From assembly GCA_003152105.1 (NCBI GenBank), contig PLZJ01000002.1, forward strand, positions 405,682 to 469,681: DNA of 64,000 bases, written 5' to 3'. Positions 1-9,669 of this stretch are shown here, piece after piece. A program made the position numbers and the translations under genes. Under the pieces are notes generated by a model. It ran no database searches, had not been told where the DNA came from, and was given only the letters and a program-made list of their open reading frames with translations. Position 1 is the stretch's first letter, and the number at the start of each line of letters is the position of its first letter. This DNA is from Candidatus Levyibacteriota bacterium (lineage in GTDB: Bacteria > Patescibacteriota > Microgenomatia > Levybacterales > UBA12049).

Positions 1-76
1 GTTCAACAAAATAGATTGCGCTAACTACGAGAAATATTATGCCAAGTAAAATTGCTGCAATTGTTAGTGGCTTCAT
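1..76 (-). CDS. Partial small membrane protein (runs off the window start)
   Basis: Manual translation from ATG 76: MKPLTIAAILLGIIFLVVSAIYFVE..., a hydrophobic helix; not in the ORF track. Confidence 0.6.
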   Translation of the reverse strand, partial: MKPLTIAAILLGIIFLVVSAIYFVE

Positions 77-250
77 TATATTTATTTTCTACTATTTTAA
101 TTTATATGTCAACGAGCAGCGATTATTAGTAGTATTAGAATACGATACCTTATCCGGTTTTGATAGTTAAGGTGCTGCTTTTTGATATATAATTTTTATA
201 TAGTACTCGTACTTGCATTCTAACAGAAAATATTTTACTGTGTAAAATGT

Positions 251-1381
251 ATGATAATGGATGCAGGAGAAATAAAAAGTAGTGAAATAGGGGAAGGACC
301 TAATCGAATCGCAGTTCCATTTTATGACGATAAAAATGGCACACTTCTTCTTTCTGTACCTCAAATAGCAAAACTTCCAAACTCAATAACTGCAAGTTTA
401 GAAGATGGATTTGAAGCAAAAAGTGAACAACATATAACTGCCATAGGGTATTCTCAGGCAAAAACAATCCGAGAAGTACTGAGAAAGCTTCCACCAGATA
501 GTCGAACTAGTTCACTTTCATCTCTTCAACAATTAATCGCAACAACAGATTGGCAATATTCTCCTTTAAATCAATTTTTTCATATTTCAAAGGATTACCC
601 GAATCTAGATGAACACAGGGAATCTATTGTGCAGCTTGTTGATGTGCCTCAATTGGATTCATTTTATAAAGAATTAAATAAGATATTTGGCACCAAATTA
701 CCAAAGCAGTTACCACACATAACATTACTTACCAAAAGTACTAATCCTGAAAATATGAAAGCAGGAATTGCGATTAATTCTCAAGATGACTTTGAAGCTA
801 TGCATCCAACAAAAGTACCTGTCGGTGGTTTAATTTTACCAAGCAGCGATGGTTTGTATCCGTATAAAGCGGGTAGTCATGGGTTTTTATTCCATAAACA
901 ATTTCAGGAAGGAAAACAGGACGTAGAAGGAGGATCTGGGAATGTAGTTGTAAGTGAAATTTCTGAAAATAAAATAAGTCTTACTGACCAGACTTCGGAA
1001 AATAAGTTTAAACTTGTTGCAACTGTCGATAAAGATAACGTATTACTGTTTGATCTGCGAACTAGAGAAAAAAATGCTGATGGAGAAGTAGTTCATCCTG
1101 ATTTATTTGCTGCAAAATTTTTAGGATATGCACTTGAGTATTTTAAGGCAAACGGGAAAGAGATTACAAAGGCAAAATCAATCTGGAAACCATGGTCAGT
1201 GAATTATAAAACCTATATGCGACTAAGTAAAACTAGTGATGCTAAAGAAGCAGCTAGTAAAACATGGGCTGGTCAAACGTTTGGTTTTTACGGATTTAGT
1301 GTAGATAAAGTATTGGATAGATTAATAGTTGGCAAATTTGGCGCAGAAGAATGGGTAGAAGTATTTTATTCAAAAAAATAA
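251..1381 (+). CDS. Two-domain protein: 2H-phosphoesterase-like N-domain plus uncharacterised C-domain
   Basis: Two HxT motifs (QHITAIG, PHITLLT) about 95 aa apart; C-domain has W..N.....AA..TWAG....YGF; start may be ATG 257. Confidence 0.55.
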   Translation: MIMDAGEIKSSEIGEGPNRIAVPFYDDKNGTLLLSVPQIAKLPNSITASLEDGFEAKSEQHITAIGYSQAKTIREVLRKLPPDSRTSSLSSLQQLIATTDWQYSPLNQFFHISKDYPNLDEHRESIVQLVDVPQLDSFYKELNKIFGTKLPKQLPHITLLTKSTNPENMKAGIAINSQDDFEAMHPTKVPVGGLILPSSDGLYPYKAGSHGFLFHKQFQEGKQDVEGGSGNVVVSEISENKISLTDQTSENKFKLVATVDKDNVLLFDLRTREKNADGEVVHPDLFAAKFLGYALEYFKANGKEITKAKSIWKPWSVNYKTYMRLSKTSDAKEAASKTWAGQTFGFYGFSVDKVLDRLIVGKFGAEEWVEVFYSKK

Positions 1382-1418
1382 TTGGATTATTAAGTGATGG
1401 AAATAGAAAATCTTGTTA

Positions 1419-2009
1419 CTAATAAGAAAATGGAATTTTAAGAGCGATGAATATTTCCGTTAAATCTTTTATCGGCAAACCTATTGCAGCATTTAAATCT
1501 CCTTCTATTTTTTCAATAAAAAGTATTGCTTTACCTTGCAAAGCATAAGCTCCAGCTTTTCCCAAATATTCACCAGTTGCAATATATGAGTCAATTTCAT
1601 GTTCAGACAATTTTTTTACCCAAACATTAGTTTTTACGCTTTTAGTAAAAGTTTTATTAGTATTTGTATCAATTACACATAGTCCAGTTATTACAAAATG
1701 TTTTTTCCCTTGTAGCATTTGTAACATTTGCTTTGCTTCTTCCTTCGTTTTTGCTTTTCCCAAATACGTTTTATGTAGTACAACAAATGTATCTGCTCCA
1801 ATGATAATGGCATTCTTATTTTTTTTTGCCACACTTAAAGATTTTCCATAAGCTAGATTTTCTGCAAGTTTTTTTGGAGATATAGTTTCATCCATTACTT
1901 CTTTATAGGTACTTGGTTTTACAATAAATTGTACGCCCATTTTACTTAACAAATCTTTTCTTCTAGGTGAAGAAGATGCCAGAATTATTAACTTGTTCTT
2001 TTGATTCAT
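1419..2009 (-). CDS. maf: Maf family nucleoside triphosphate pyrophosphatase
   Basis: ILASSSPRR, IIGADT, GKAGAY and GLP motifs. Confidence 0.93.
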   Translation of the reverse strand: MNQKNKLIILASSSPRRKDLLSKMGVQFIVKPSTYKEVMDETISPKKLAENLAYGKSLSVAKKNKNAIIIGADTFVVLHKTYLGKAKTKEEAKQMLQMLQGKKHFVITGLCVIDTNTNKTFTKSVKTNVWVKKLSEHEIDSYIATGEYLGKAGAYALQGKAILFIEKIEGDLNAAIGLPIKDLTEIFIALKIPFSY

Positions 2010-2091
2010 ACTGCTTGAATAGTAAACGTATTCTTTAGTATAGTATATCCTAGATTTGCAATCGCTGATCTCACTCTCCTACAATACAAAT

Positions 2092-2511
2092 ATGAGACGA
2101 TACAAAAAAGATGACTTTCAAGAAAAAGAAACAGAGCAAGATTTACAAGAAAGATGGGATCTTAAAAAAGTTGCAATTGGTTTTCTATTTATTATCCTAA
2201 TTTTAATTGGGATTGGATATGTAATTGTTCATTCTAATATTTATCCTCCAATTGCAAAAATATTATCTAGACACTCTTCCGGAGCTGTTGAAGGAGCATC
2301 TACGCAAGCAGAAGGAGTAGCAACACCTAGTGCAGTAAATATTACAAATAAATTAAATAGTCTGAAAAAAGAAATAACGCACTTAAATGTTGGAGATATT
2401 GCAAAAAATTCACCTCAAATACAGAAAATTCAAAGAGATTTTCAGTCACTTGAAAATCTTCCAGGTAAACAAGCAAAACAGGCCTGCCTACAAATTTGTA
2501 GTGGATTATAA
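2092..2511 (+). CDS. Single-pass membrane protein, hypothetical
   Basis: One TM helix and a C-terminal CxxxC; ATG 2092 lies 6 nt after TACAAT. Confidence 0.7.
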   Translation: MRRYKKDDFQEKETEQDLQERWDLKKVAIGFLFIILILIGIGYVIVHSNIYPPIAKILSRHSSGAVEGASTQAEGVATPSAVNITNKLNSLKKEITHLNVGDIAKNSPQIQKIQRDFQSLENLPGKQAKQACLQICSGL

Positions 2512-2557
2512 ACCCCAGTTAATATAAAAAACGCTATTTGCGGTATAATGCTCTTAT

Positions 2558-3568
2558 ATGGAAGACGAAACAAAAGAACGAATTAATCGTGTACTTTCAA
2601 AAATGGATTTGGAGTCAAAAAGTAATGAGATAAAGCAAATTGAAAAAGAAAGTTCTGAGACTAATTTTTGGCAAGATCATCAAGCAGCAAGCAAGAAAAT
2701 GAAGCAGCTCGCAAAGTTGCAAAAAGAAGTTGAGGATGCAGAGTATCTTAGATTATGCATTGAGCAAGGAGATAATAAAGAAGCCCTCGTTTTACTTAAT
2801 GAATTAGAAAAAGTATTATATTTTTCATCACAATATGATAAGCATAACGCATTACTGTCAATTCATTCAGGTCAAGGAGGGGTTGAAGCAATGGACTGGG
2901 CAGAAATGCTATTTAGAATGTATAAACGGTATTTTGAAAGAAAAAATTGGAAATTTGAGATTTTGGACCAAACACTAGGAGAAGAAGCTGGCATTAAAAG
3001 TATTTCTCTAGCTATTGAGGGAGAATACGCATACGGATTCTTAAAACATGAAGCTGGAGTTCACCGATTAGTAAGACTATCTCCATTTAATTCAGATAAT
3101 TTACGTCAAACCTCTTTCGCGATGCTCGAAGTATTACCAGAAATTGAAGACAATGATCAAATTGATATAAAAGAGGATGATATAGAATTTGAGGCGTTTA
3201 GAGCAGGTGGACATGGTGGGCAAAATGTAAATAAAGTATCAACCGCTGTAAGAATTAAACACATACCAACAGGTATTATAGTTACTTGTCAGACTGAAAG
3301 ATATCAGGCACAAAATAGGGAATATGCAATGAAAATGCTTCGTGCAAAACTATGGTCATTAAAAGAAGCTGAAAAGAAAAAAGAAGAGGCGAAGATAAAA
3401 GGTGGATACAAAACGCCTGGATGGGGAAACCAAATTCGATCATATGTGCTACATCCATATCAATTAGTTAAAGATTTAAGGACTGGATATGAAACGGCAA
3501 ATACGCAAGGCGTACTTGACGGGGATTTAGATGAATTTATTGATGAAGAGTTACGAGTTCTTAATTAA
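2558..3568 (+). CDS. prfB: Peptide chain release factor 2 (no programmed frameshift)
   Basis: SPF motif (RLSPFN), [23 protein letters not shown]. Confidence 0.96.
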   Translation: MEDETKERINRVLSKMDLESKSNEIKQIEKESSETNFWQDHQAASKKMKQLAKLQKEVEDAEYLRLCIEQGDNKEALVLLNELEKVLYFSSQYDKHNALLSIHSGQGGVEAMDWAEMLFRMYKRYFERKNWKFEILDQTLGEEAGIKSISLAIEGEYAYGFLKHEAGVHRLVRLSPFNSDNLRQTSFAMLEVLPEIEDNDQIDIKEDDIEFEAFRAGGHGGQNVNKVSTAVRIKHIPTGIIVTCQTERYQAQNREYAMKMLRAKLWSLKEAEKKKEEAKIKGGYKTPGWGNQIRSYVLHPYQLVKDLRTGYETANTQGVLDGDLDEFIDEELRVLN

Positions 3569-3653
3569 ATATAGCCTACAGGGTTGTCAAATAGGTAAAA
3601 ATGTGCTTTACTTAAAGAAGTTAAATGCTAAGCGTAGCAGGGGCTGAAAAATT

Positions 3654-4121
3654 ATGGAAAATACAACTAATATAAATAACAAACGAGCAGTAGTTCATAA
3701 TTTTGACAATTCTTCAAAACAGTTATTTAGTCCAAAATATTTAGCAGTACTTATCATCCTCGTATTATTAGGTATTGGCGCAGGTTATTTTTTCACAAGA
3801 CAACAAAATACTTCAGTAAATGCAACCCTTCCTACAGCTACAAATAAAACAGTGGCAATAAAAGCTGGAGATGTATTTGGAGCAAATGATACCAGCGCTT
3901 TTAAAGATACTGCTGAAGGACAATTAGAGGTTGGAGGAGTCGGAGATGAGGGCCAGTATCATTTAGTCAGACCAGGTGGTTCAAGTCAATATGTATATTT
4001 AACCTCCTCTACAGTAGACTTGAGTAAATTAGTTGGAAGAAATGTTAAAGTGTGGGGTGCGACACAGAAGGCACAAAATGTTGGCTGGCTTATGGAAGTC
4101 GGAAAAGTTCAAGTAGAATAA
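3654..4121 (+). CDS. Membrane-anchored hypothetical protein with small beta-rich C-domain
   Basis: One TM helix followed by a compact Gly-rich domain. Confidence 0.7.
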   Translation: MENTTNINNKRAVVHNFDNSSKQLFSPKYLAVLIILVLLGIGAGYFFTRQQNTSVNATLPTATNKTVAIKAGDVFGANDTSAFKDTAEGQLEVGGVGDEGQYHLVRPGGSSQYVYLTSSTVDLSKLVGRNVKVWGATQKAQNVGWLMEVGKVQVE

Positions 4122-4147
4122 TAGTACTCCACAGTTAATGAATCTCT

Positions 4148-4945
4148 ATGATCGTACTCGATAAAGTATCAAAAGTGTTTGGTTCAGGGAACGCAGGGCT
4201 ATCCGAAGTGACATTTTCAATAACCGGAGGAGAGTTTGTTTTTTTTGTTGGGCCATCAGGTGCAGGTAAAACGACATTATTCCGTCTTTTAATACGTGAT
4301 ATGTTGCCAACTCACGGAACAGTAATAATAGCAAACTGGGACATCTCAAAGCTTCCAACTAGTAAAATTCCAACTCTTAGAAAAAAAATTGGGGTTGTAT
4401 TTCAAGACTTGAAATTATTACCAAACAGAACTATCTTAGAAAACGTATCATTACCATTAGATTTTTCAGGCTATTCTACCGAAGATGCACACCAAAAGGC
4501 TGAAGAGGTTTTAGAACGAGTTGGACTACTATCACACAAAGAAAAATTCCCAATCCAGCTTTCCGGAGGAGAATTGCAGAGAGTTGCAATTGCAAGAGCG
4601 CTTGTACTTTCACCCGAAATATTATTAGCTGATGAACCAACAGGTAACCTAGATACACATACAGCTTTGGGAATTGTTGATTTATTAAGCGAAATTAATA
4701 AAACTGGAACAACTATTCTTATGGCAACACATAATACTGATATAATAAATAAATTGAAAAAACGTGTCATAATGCTTGAGAAAGGAAAAATAATTCGAGA
4801 CGACAAAGCAAAAGAAGTTGTAAAAGAAGTAGCTAAAGAGCAACCAAAAGAAACTCAAAAGGAACCACCTAAAGAAGCTTCAAAAGAACATACTTCTCAT
4901 TCGTCTACTCAAAAAGAAGAGAAAGAGAAAGCGAAATCTAATTAA
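4148..4945 (+). CDS. ftsE: Cell division ABC ATPase FtsE
   Basis: GPSGAGKT, GVVFQD, LSGGE, LLADEPTGNLD, MATH; upstream of ftsX. Confidence 0.93.
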   Translation: MIVLDKVSKVFGSGNAGLSEVTFSITGGEFVFFVGPSGAGKTTLFRLLIRDMLPTHGTVIIANWDISKLPTSKIPTLRKKIGVVFQDLKLLPNRTILENVSLPLDFSGYSTEDAHQKAEEVLERVGLLSHKEKFPIQLSGGELQRVAIARALVLSPEILLADEPTGNLDTHTALGIVDLLSEINKTGTTILMATHNTDIINKLKKRVIMLEKGKIIRDDKAKEVVKEVAKEQPKETQKEPPKEASKEHTSHSSTQKEEKEKAKSN

Positions 4946-4948
4946 TAT

Positions 4949-5815
4949 ATGAAATTTTTCAAAACTGCCTGGACAAACATACGTCGATCCCCCTATCAAG
5001 CACTCGCGGCAATTATCATAATTACGCAAACATTCTTTGTTGTTTCATTATTTACACTGGTTATTGCTGGTTCTTCTGAAATCATTACTTATTTTGAACA
5101 GTCTCCGCAAGTTACTGCATTTTTTAAGGCAGGAGTAACGCAAGGAGAGATTAATAGCTTAAAAAATGAGATTTCTCAAACAGGGAAAGTTGCAAAAATT
5201 CATGAGGTAGATCAAAGTGAGGCATTTGCAAGGTTTAAGCAGTTTAATAAAAATCAACCTGATATGCTCGAATTAGTTTCTCCAGATATATTGCCTTCCT
5301 CCTTAGAAGTCTCAACTCAAAAAATAGACGATCTCTATTCAGTAGCGGATATTATGAAGAAAAATTCCAATGTCCAACAAGTAGTGTTTTATCAAGATCT
5401 TGTAGCTAAACTTATTAGTTGGACAAACTTTTTACATAAATTTGGAATCGGACTAATTATTGTTCTTGCATTAGATTCAATTTTCATCATGTTAATTATC
5501 ATAAGTATCAAAATTTCTCAGAAAAGAGAGGATATTGAAATAATGCGTCTTATAGGAGCGTCAAAGTGGTATATTAGATGGCCATTTGTTTTGGAAGGAA
5601 TTATATACGGAGTAGTCGGCGCAATAATTGGTTGGATAATTTCGCTTGGTGTATTATTTTATGCAACGCCGTTTTTATCACAAATTTTACAAGGAATCCC
5701 AATATTACCAGTATCACCTTTATTTCTTCTTGCCATGCTTGGATTCGAGTTAGTTTTTGCTGTGCTTCTTGGTGTGTTCTCCAGCTATTTGGCAGTACTT
5801 CGTTACTTAAAGTAA
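4949..5815 (+). CDS. ftsX: Cell division permease FtsX
   Basis: Four TM helices, large extracellular loop, EIMRLIGA..WYIRWPF..EG. Confidence 0.93.
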   Translation: MKFFKTAWTNIRRSPYQALAAIIIITQTFFVVSLFTLVIAGSSEIITYFEQSPQVTAFFKAGVTQGEINSLKNEISQTGKVAKIHEVDQSEAFARFKQFNKNQPDMLELVSPDILPSSLEVSTQKIDDLYSVADIMKKNSNVQQVVFYQDLVAKLISWTNFLHKFGIGLIIVLALDSIFIMLIIISIKISQKREDIEIMRLIGASKWYIRWPFVLEGIIYGVVGAIIGWIISLGVLFYATPFLSQILQGIPILPVSPLFLLAMLGFELVFAVLLGVFSSYLAVLRYLK

Positions 5816-5824
5816 TATAAATAT

Positions 5825-7096
5825 ATGGATCATTTTAGTCAAAAAAGAATATATTTCTTTTACGTACTTTTGTTTTATGTAAGCTTAGTTATTGTATTTC
5901 AAAAGCAAGTATTTGCTCAGCAAACAACACCTACTGATACGCCAACACCTACACCAACTTCTTCCCAATCGAACGATAGTTCTTCTGCTGAAACAGACTT
6001 ATTAAATCAAATTAATGGACTTGAATCCACAATAAATAACTTGCAAGGGCAGGCTAATTCAATTGCGAATACCATTGAGGTTATGAAGGACAAAATATCT
6101 CTTTCAGAGTCTCAAATTGCATTAACCAAGGAAAAAATTGCAAGCATAACTAATGACATAAACGCATCTCAACAGCAAATTACACATTTGAATGGTTCAC
6201 TCAAGGATCTTACGAAACTCTTATTAAATAGAATAGTCTTAACATATGAAGACAGTAATATTCAGCCTATTGAAATACTGGCAACATCAAATTCAGTTTC
6301 TGATTACGTACAGAAACGTAGTTATCTTCAACTAGTGCAAGAACATGATAGAAAACTTATTTATGATACGCAACAAGCCCAAGATAATTATGTGACAATT
6401 AAAAATATTAGAGAAGATCAAAAAAAACAAGTAGTTGTATTGGAAAATCAACTTGTTGATCAAACTAACCAGCTAGATAAAGAAAAAAGCGATCAAGAAA
6501 GTCTTCTTGCTCAAACTAATGGAAATATTGAGGAAGCACAAAGACAACTCGCTCAAGATCAAGCAGAACTTGCTGGCTTTTCTAATTTCGTAACAAGTCA
6601 AGGTGGCGCTTCGCTGCTATCTGGACAAACTGCATGTGACTCTTGGGGTTGTTATTACAATCAAAGAGATAGCCAATGGGGTGGCGTATTAATTAATGGA
6701 CAAGGAGGATATTCAGTTGCTGGGTATGGCTGCTTGATAACGTCCATTGCAATGGTTGCATCACATATGGGGCATAATATTTCACCTGGTGCAATCGCAT
6801 CTTCTGACGGAAGTAATTTTTCATTTGGTACTGCAATGCTTAAATATACTATTTCTGTGAGCGGCTTAAACATTGGTCGTAGTGGTGTATCTCCATTAGA
6901 TAATGCTCTTTCGTCTGGACCGGTAATTGTCGGCATCTATGCATATGGAGGGACTCACTTTGTTGTCATTAAAAGTGGCTCTGGAGGTAATTATGTTATG
7001 GACGATCCCTATATTCCAAATGGTCATGATATAAATTTTACAGATCATTATTCATTGAGTAGTATATTTGAGATGGATCAATTAAGCATCCAATAA
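5825..7096 (+). CDS. Secreted coiled-coil protein with C39-like cysteine peptidase domain (PcsB/CwlO-like position)
   Basis: Signal peptide ending VFA-Q, PT linker, long coiled coil, YYNQRD..W, GCLITSIAM, HFVVI, DDP. Confidence 0.8.
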   Translation: MDHFSQKRIYFFYVLLFYVSLVIVFQKQVFAQQTTPTDTPTPTPTSSQSNDSSSAETDLLNQINGLESTINNLQGQANSIANTIEVMKDKISLSESQIALTKEKIASITNDINASQQQITHLNGSLKDLTKLLLNRIVLTYEDSNIQPIEILATSNSVSDYVQKRSYLQLVQEHDRKLIYDTQQAQDNYVTIKNIREDQKKQVVVLENQLVDQTNQLDKEKSDQESLLAQTNGNIEEAQRQLAQDQAELAGFSNFVTSQGGASLLSGQTACDSWGCYYNQRDSQWGGVLINGQGGYSVAGYGCLITSIAMVASHMGHNISPGAIASSDGSNFSFGTAMLKYTISVSGLNIGRSGVSPLDNALSSGPVIVGIYAYGGTHFVVIKSGSGGNYVMDDPYIPNGHDINFTDHYSLSSIFEMDQLSIQ

Positions 7097-7168
7097 TTTC
7101 TTTCCCAAATTTCCCAACTAGAGAATGATACTATGAGATTGTGATATACTGATCCGAATTAAAATCCT

Positions 7169-7597
7169 ATGATAATTAGTAGTGAAAAAGAAATGGAAAA
7201 GCTTGGCTTGTCGTTTGCTACAAAAGTAGTGAACGGAGGCGTTGTTTGTTTATATGGAGAATTAGGAAGTGGTAAAACGACATTTGCAAAAGCACTTGCA
7301 AAAGGACTAGGGTTTACGGGTAGAGTAATTTCGCCTACTTTTCTCATAATGAGAACATATGAGTTGAAAAAGAATAAGCTCGGGAAATTTTATCATTTAG
7401 ATTTTTACAGAACTGAAGACGAGAAAGCTCTTAAAAATCTTGGTATTGAAGAATTATTTGCAAATACTCATAATATTGTTGTTATTGAATGGGCAGAAAA
7501 AGCAAAGAATTTATTACCGAAAAAACGTTTTGATCTACATTTTACGTATTGTAATCAAACGCAAAGAAATATTGAAATTAAAAAGGTTGGAAAATGA
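7169..7597 (+). CDS. tsaE: t6A biosynthesis ATPase TsaE
   Basis: GELGSGKTT, SPTF, HLDFYR, IEWAE. Confidence 0.95.
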   Translation: MIISSEKEMEKLGLSFATKVVNGGVVCLYGELGSGKTTFAKALAKGLGFTGRVISPTFLIMRTYELKKNKLGKFYHLDFYRTEDEKALKNLGIEELFANTHNIVVIEWAEKAKNLLPKKRFDLHFTYCNQTQRNIEIKKVGK

Positions 7598-8187
7598 ATA
7601 CAGATAAAAGTACATTATATATCAATAAAGCAGCAAAAATTATTAAAGAAGGAGGTATAGTAATTTATCCAACTGATACAGCGTTTGGAATTGGGTGCAG
7701 AATGGATGATGAAGCTTCTGTGGCTCGATTATTTTCAATTCGAAAGAGACCCAAGACGCAAGCAGTCCCTTTATTATGCAGCTCGATGAATATGGTTAAT
7801 AAATATATAAAAACTATTCCTGTAGGTGTTGACGAAAAGCTTATAAAGAAATATTGGCCTGGACCTTTAACTATTGTTTTTGAAGCTAAAGTAGAGAGGA
7901 TACCTGAGCTTGTAAGAGGAGGAAAGCGAACAATTGGAATGAGAGTGCCAAATCATAAAGATGTAATTTCGTTAATTCGGAAAGTTGGTATACCGATACT
8001 TGGACCTTCTGCAAATTTTCATGGAGAAGCAACGCCTTATACGTTTTCAGAAATTGATCCGAAGTTAATTTACTTGGTAGATTATGTTATGCCTGGTTTA
8101 TGTGAGCTTAAGAAAGCATCTACTGTAGTTGATGTTTCGCTTTCGCCTTGGATGACGCTACGAGAAGGAGCAATTAAATTAAGATGA
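7594..8187 (+). CDS. tsaC: L-threonylcarbamoyladenylate synthase (YrdC/Sua5 domain)
   Basis: PTDTAFG, KR, WPGPLT, RVP, PSAN, STVVD. Confidence 0.93.
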   Translation: MNTDKSTLYINKAAKIIKEGGIVIYPTDTAFGIGCRMDDEASVARLFSIRKRPKTQAVPLLCSSMNMVNKYIKTIPVGVDEKLIKKYWPGPLTIVFEAKVERIPELVRGGKRTIGMRVPNHKDVISLIRKVGIPILGPSANFHGEATPYTFSEIDPKLIYLVDYVMPGLCELKKASTVVDVSLSPWMTLREGAIKLR

Positions 8188-8501
8188 TAACACTCTATAT
8201 CGATTCTAAAGATAATACCAAAATAATTATTTCATTAAAAAAAAATAAAATCATTGATACGATTGAAACTGCTTTAGTTTTAAAAAAAGGATCACAAGTT
8301 ATTTTGCCATCAATTGAAAAAATACTTAAAAAACATTCACTTACCATTTCAGATATCGAAGCTGTTGAAGTTAACTGTGGTCCTGGTTCTTTTACCGGAC
8401 TACGTGTTGGGGTGGCTATTGCAAATGCACTTGCGTTTTCACTGGGCGTTTCGCTGAATAAAAAGAAAGTTGGAGTATATCAGGAACCCAAATATCAATG
8501 A
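8184..8501 (+). CDS. tsaB: Short TsaB (N-terminal domain only)
   Basis: GPGSFTGLRVG and terminal P.Y; only 105 aa. Confidence 0.85.
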   Translation: MITLYIDSKDNTKIIISLKKNKIIDTIETALVLKKGSQVILPSIEKILKKHSLTISDIEAVEVNCGPGSFTGLRVGVAIANALAFSLGVSLNKKKVGVYQEPKYQ

Positions 8502-8513
8502 TATACTTAATGT

Positions 8514-9407
8514 ATGAAAGCATGGCTGTCCCATTTATTTTTACCTCAAGATTCAAATAATCATCGAGCAAAAATACTTCATCATCAAAGTTTGGCCTAC
8601 CTAATAATAATTTTTATTGCCATTCAAATAGTTTTTTTTCGAATAAATACTAGCTCTCCTCAGGTACTCGGAACCACAACCGATATCTCAGCACAGGAAT
8701 TATTGCATTATTCAAATATAGAGAGAATTAAATATAATCTGTCTCCATTAACGTTAAATAACTCGCTTTCAGTAGCTTCGGAAAATAAAGCAAAGAATAT
8801 GTTTCAGTTTAATTATTGGGCACATTTTTCTCCTACTGGTACTACCCCTTGGTCATTTATAAAGGCAGCTGGCTATGATTACGTATATGCTGGAGAAAAT
8901 TTGGCAAGAGGTTTTACCGACTCTCAATCTATTGTTGATGCATGGATGAATAGTCCTACTCATCGAGCAAATCAATTATCATCAAATTATACCGACGTAG
9001 GGTATGCTGTTGAAGACGGCACTTTGCTTGGCGAGCCAACAACTCTTGTAGTTGAGATGTTTGGATCCACCACGCAGTCTTTAGCTAAATTGAATTCAGA
9101 AAAGAATGCTTTAGGCGCAACTACAATTGTTCTTTCTCCTACACCTGAGGGGACTGGACTAATACCAACACTTGTAGGTAGCGTTGGTACAAAAATGGTA
9201 AAATACTCATTCATTAATAGTATCCTTGCATCAAAAACAATCGCTTTTGCTCTGCTTAGCATGTTAATCATCCTTCTTTTACTTGATGCCGTATTTATAG
9301 AAAAAAAGAAAATCTATAGACATATTGGAAATCACATTGATCATTTGTTATTTTTTTCTACCCTGTTATTTTTTGTTTTATTAATTGGAGAGGGGGTAAT
9401 TTTGTAA
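8514..9407 (+). CDS. Membrane-anchored CAP/SCP domain protein
   Basis: YWAH.SP, GENLA, AWMNSPTHRAN; TM helices at both ends. Confidence 0.88.
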   Translation: MKAWLSHLFLPQDSNNHRAKILHHQSLAYLIIIFIAIQIVFFRINTSSPQVLGTTTDISAQELLHYSNIERIKYNLSPLTLNNSLSVASENKAKNMFQFNYWAHFSPTGTTPWSFIKAAGYDYVYAGENLARGFTDSQSIVDAWMNSPTHRANQLSSNYTDVGYAVEDGTLLGEPTTLVVEMFGSTTQSLAKLNSEKNALGATTIVLSPTPEGTGLIPTLVGSVGTKMVKYSFINSILASKTIAFALLSMLIILLLLDAVFIEKKKIYRHIGNHIDHLLFFSTLLFFVLLIGEGVIL

Positions 9408-9408
9408 T

Positions 9409-9669
9409 ATGTTTACAAAGAAGCATATTTTATACTACATCATATTAAGTGTAATTTTGCTTTTTGGTTTGTTTTTACTGCTTCAAAAAAATCTTAGTTC
9501 TTCGATGCATATATTTATAGCTTTGTTATTATGTTTATTTTATGTAATTTGGGGAATTGTTCATCATAGATTTAATCACAGCGTATCAGCTAGAATTGTG
9601 CTAGAATATGTTTTAATAGGAATTGTTGGGTTTTTAATTCTTAATTTCTTATTACAAATTGTATTATGA
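9409..9669 (+). CDS. Small 3-TM membrane protein
   Basis: Hydrophobic, with WGIVHH and LEY motifs; coupled to flanking genes. Confidence 0.7.
   Translation: MFTKKHILYYIILSVILLFGLFLLLQKNLSSSMHIFIALLLCLFYVIWGIVHHRFNHSVSARIVLEYVLIGIVGFLILNFLLQIVL

Noticed and set aside
114-180. Possible structured RNA (GCAGC/GCTGC, ACCTTA/TAAGGT)
   Set aside because: Stems are short and match no family I recognise
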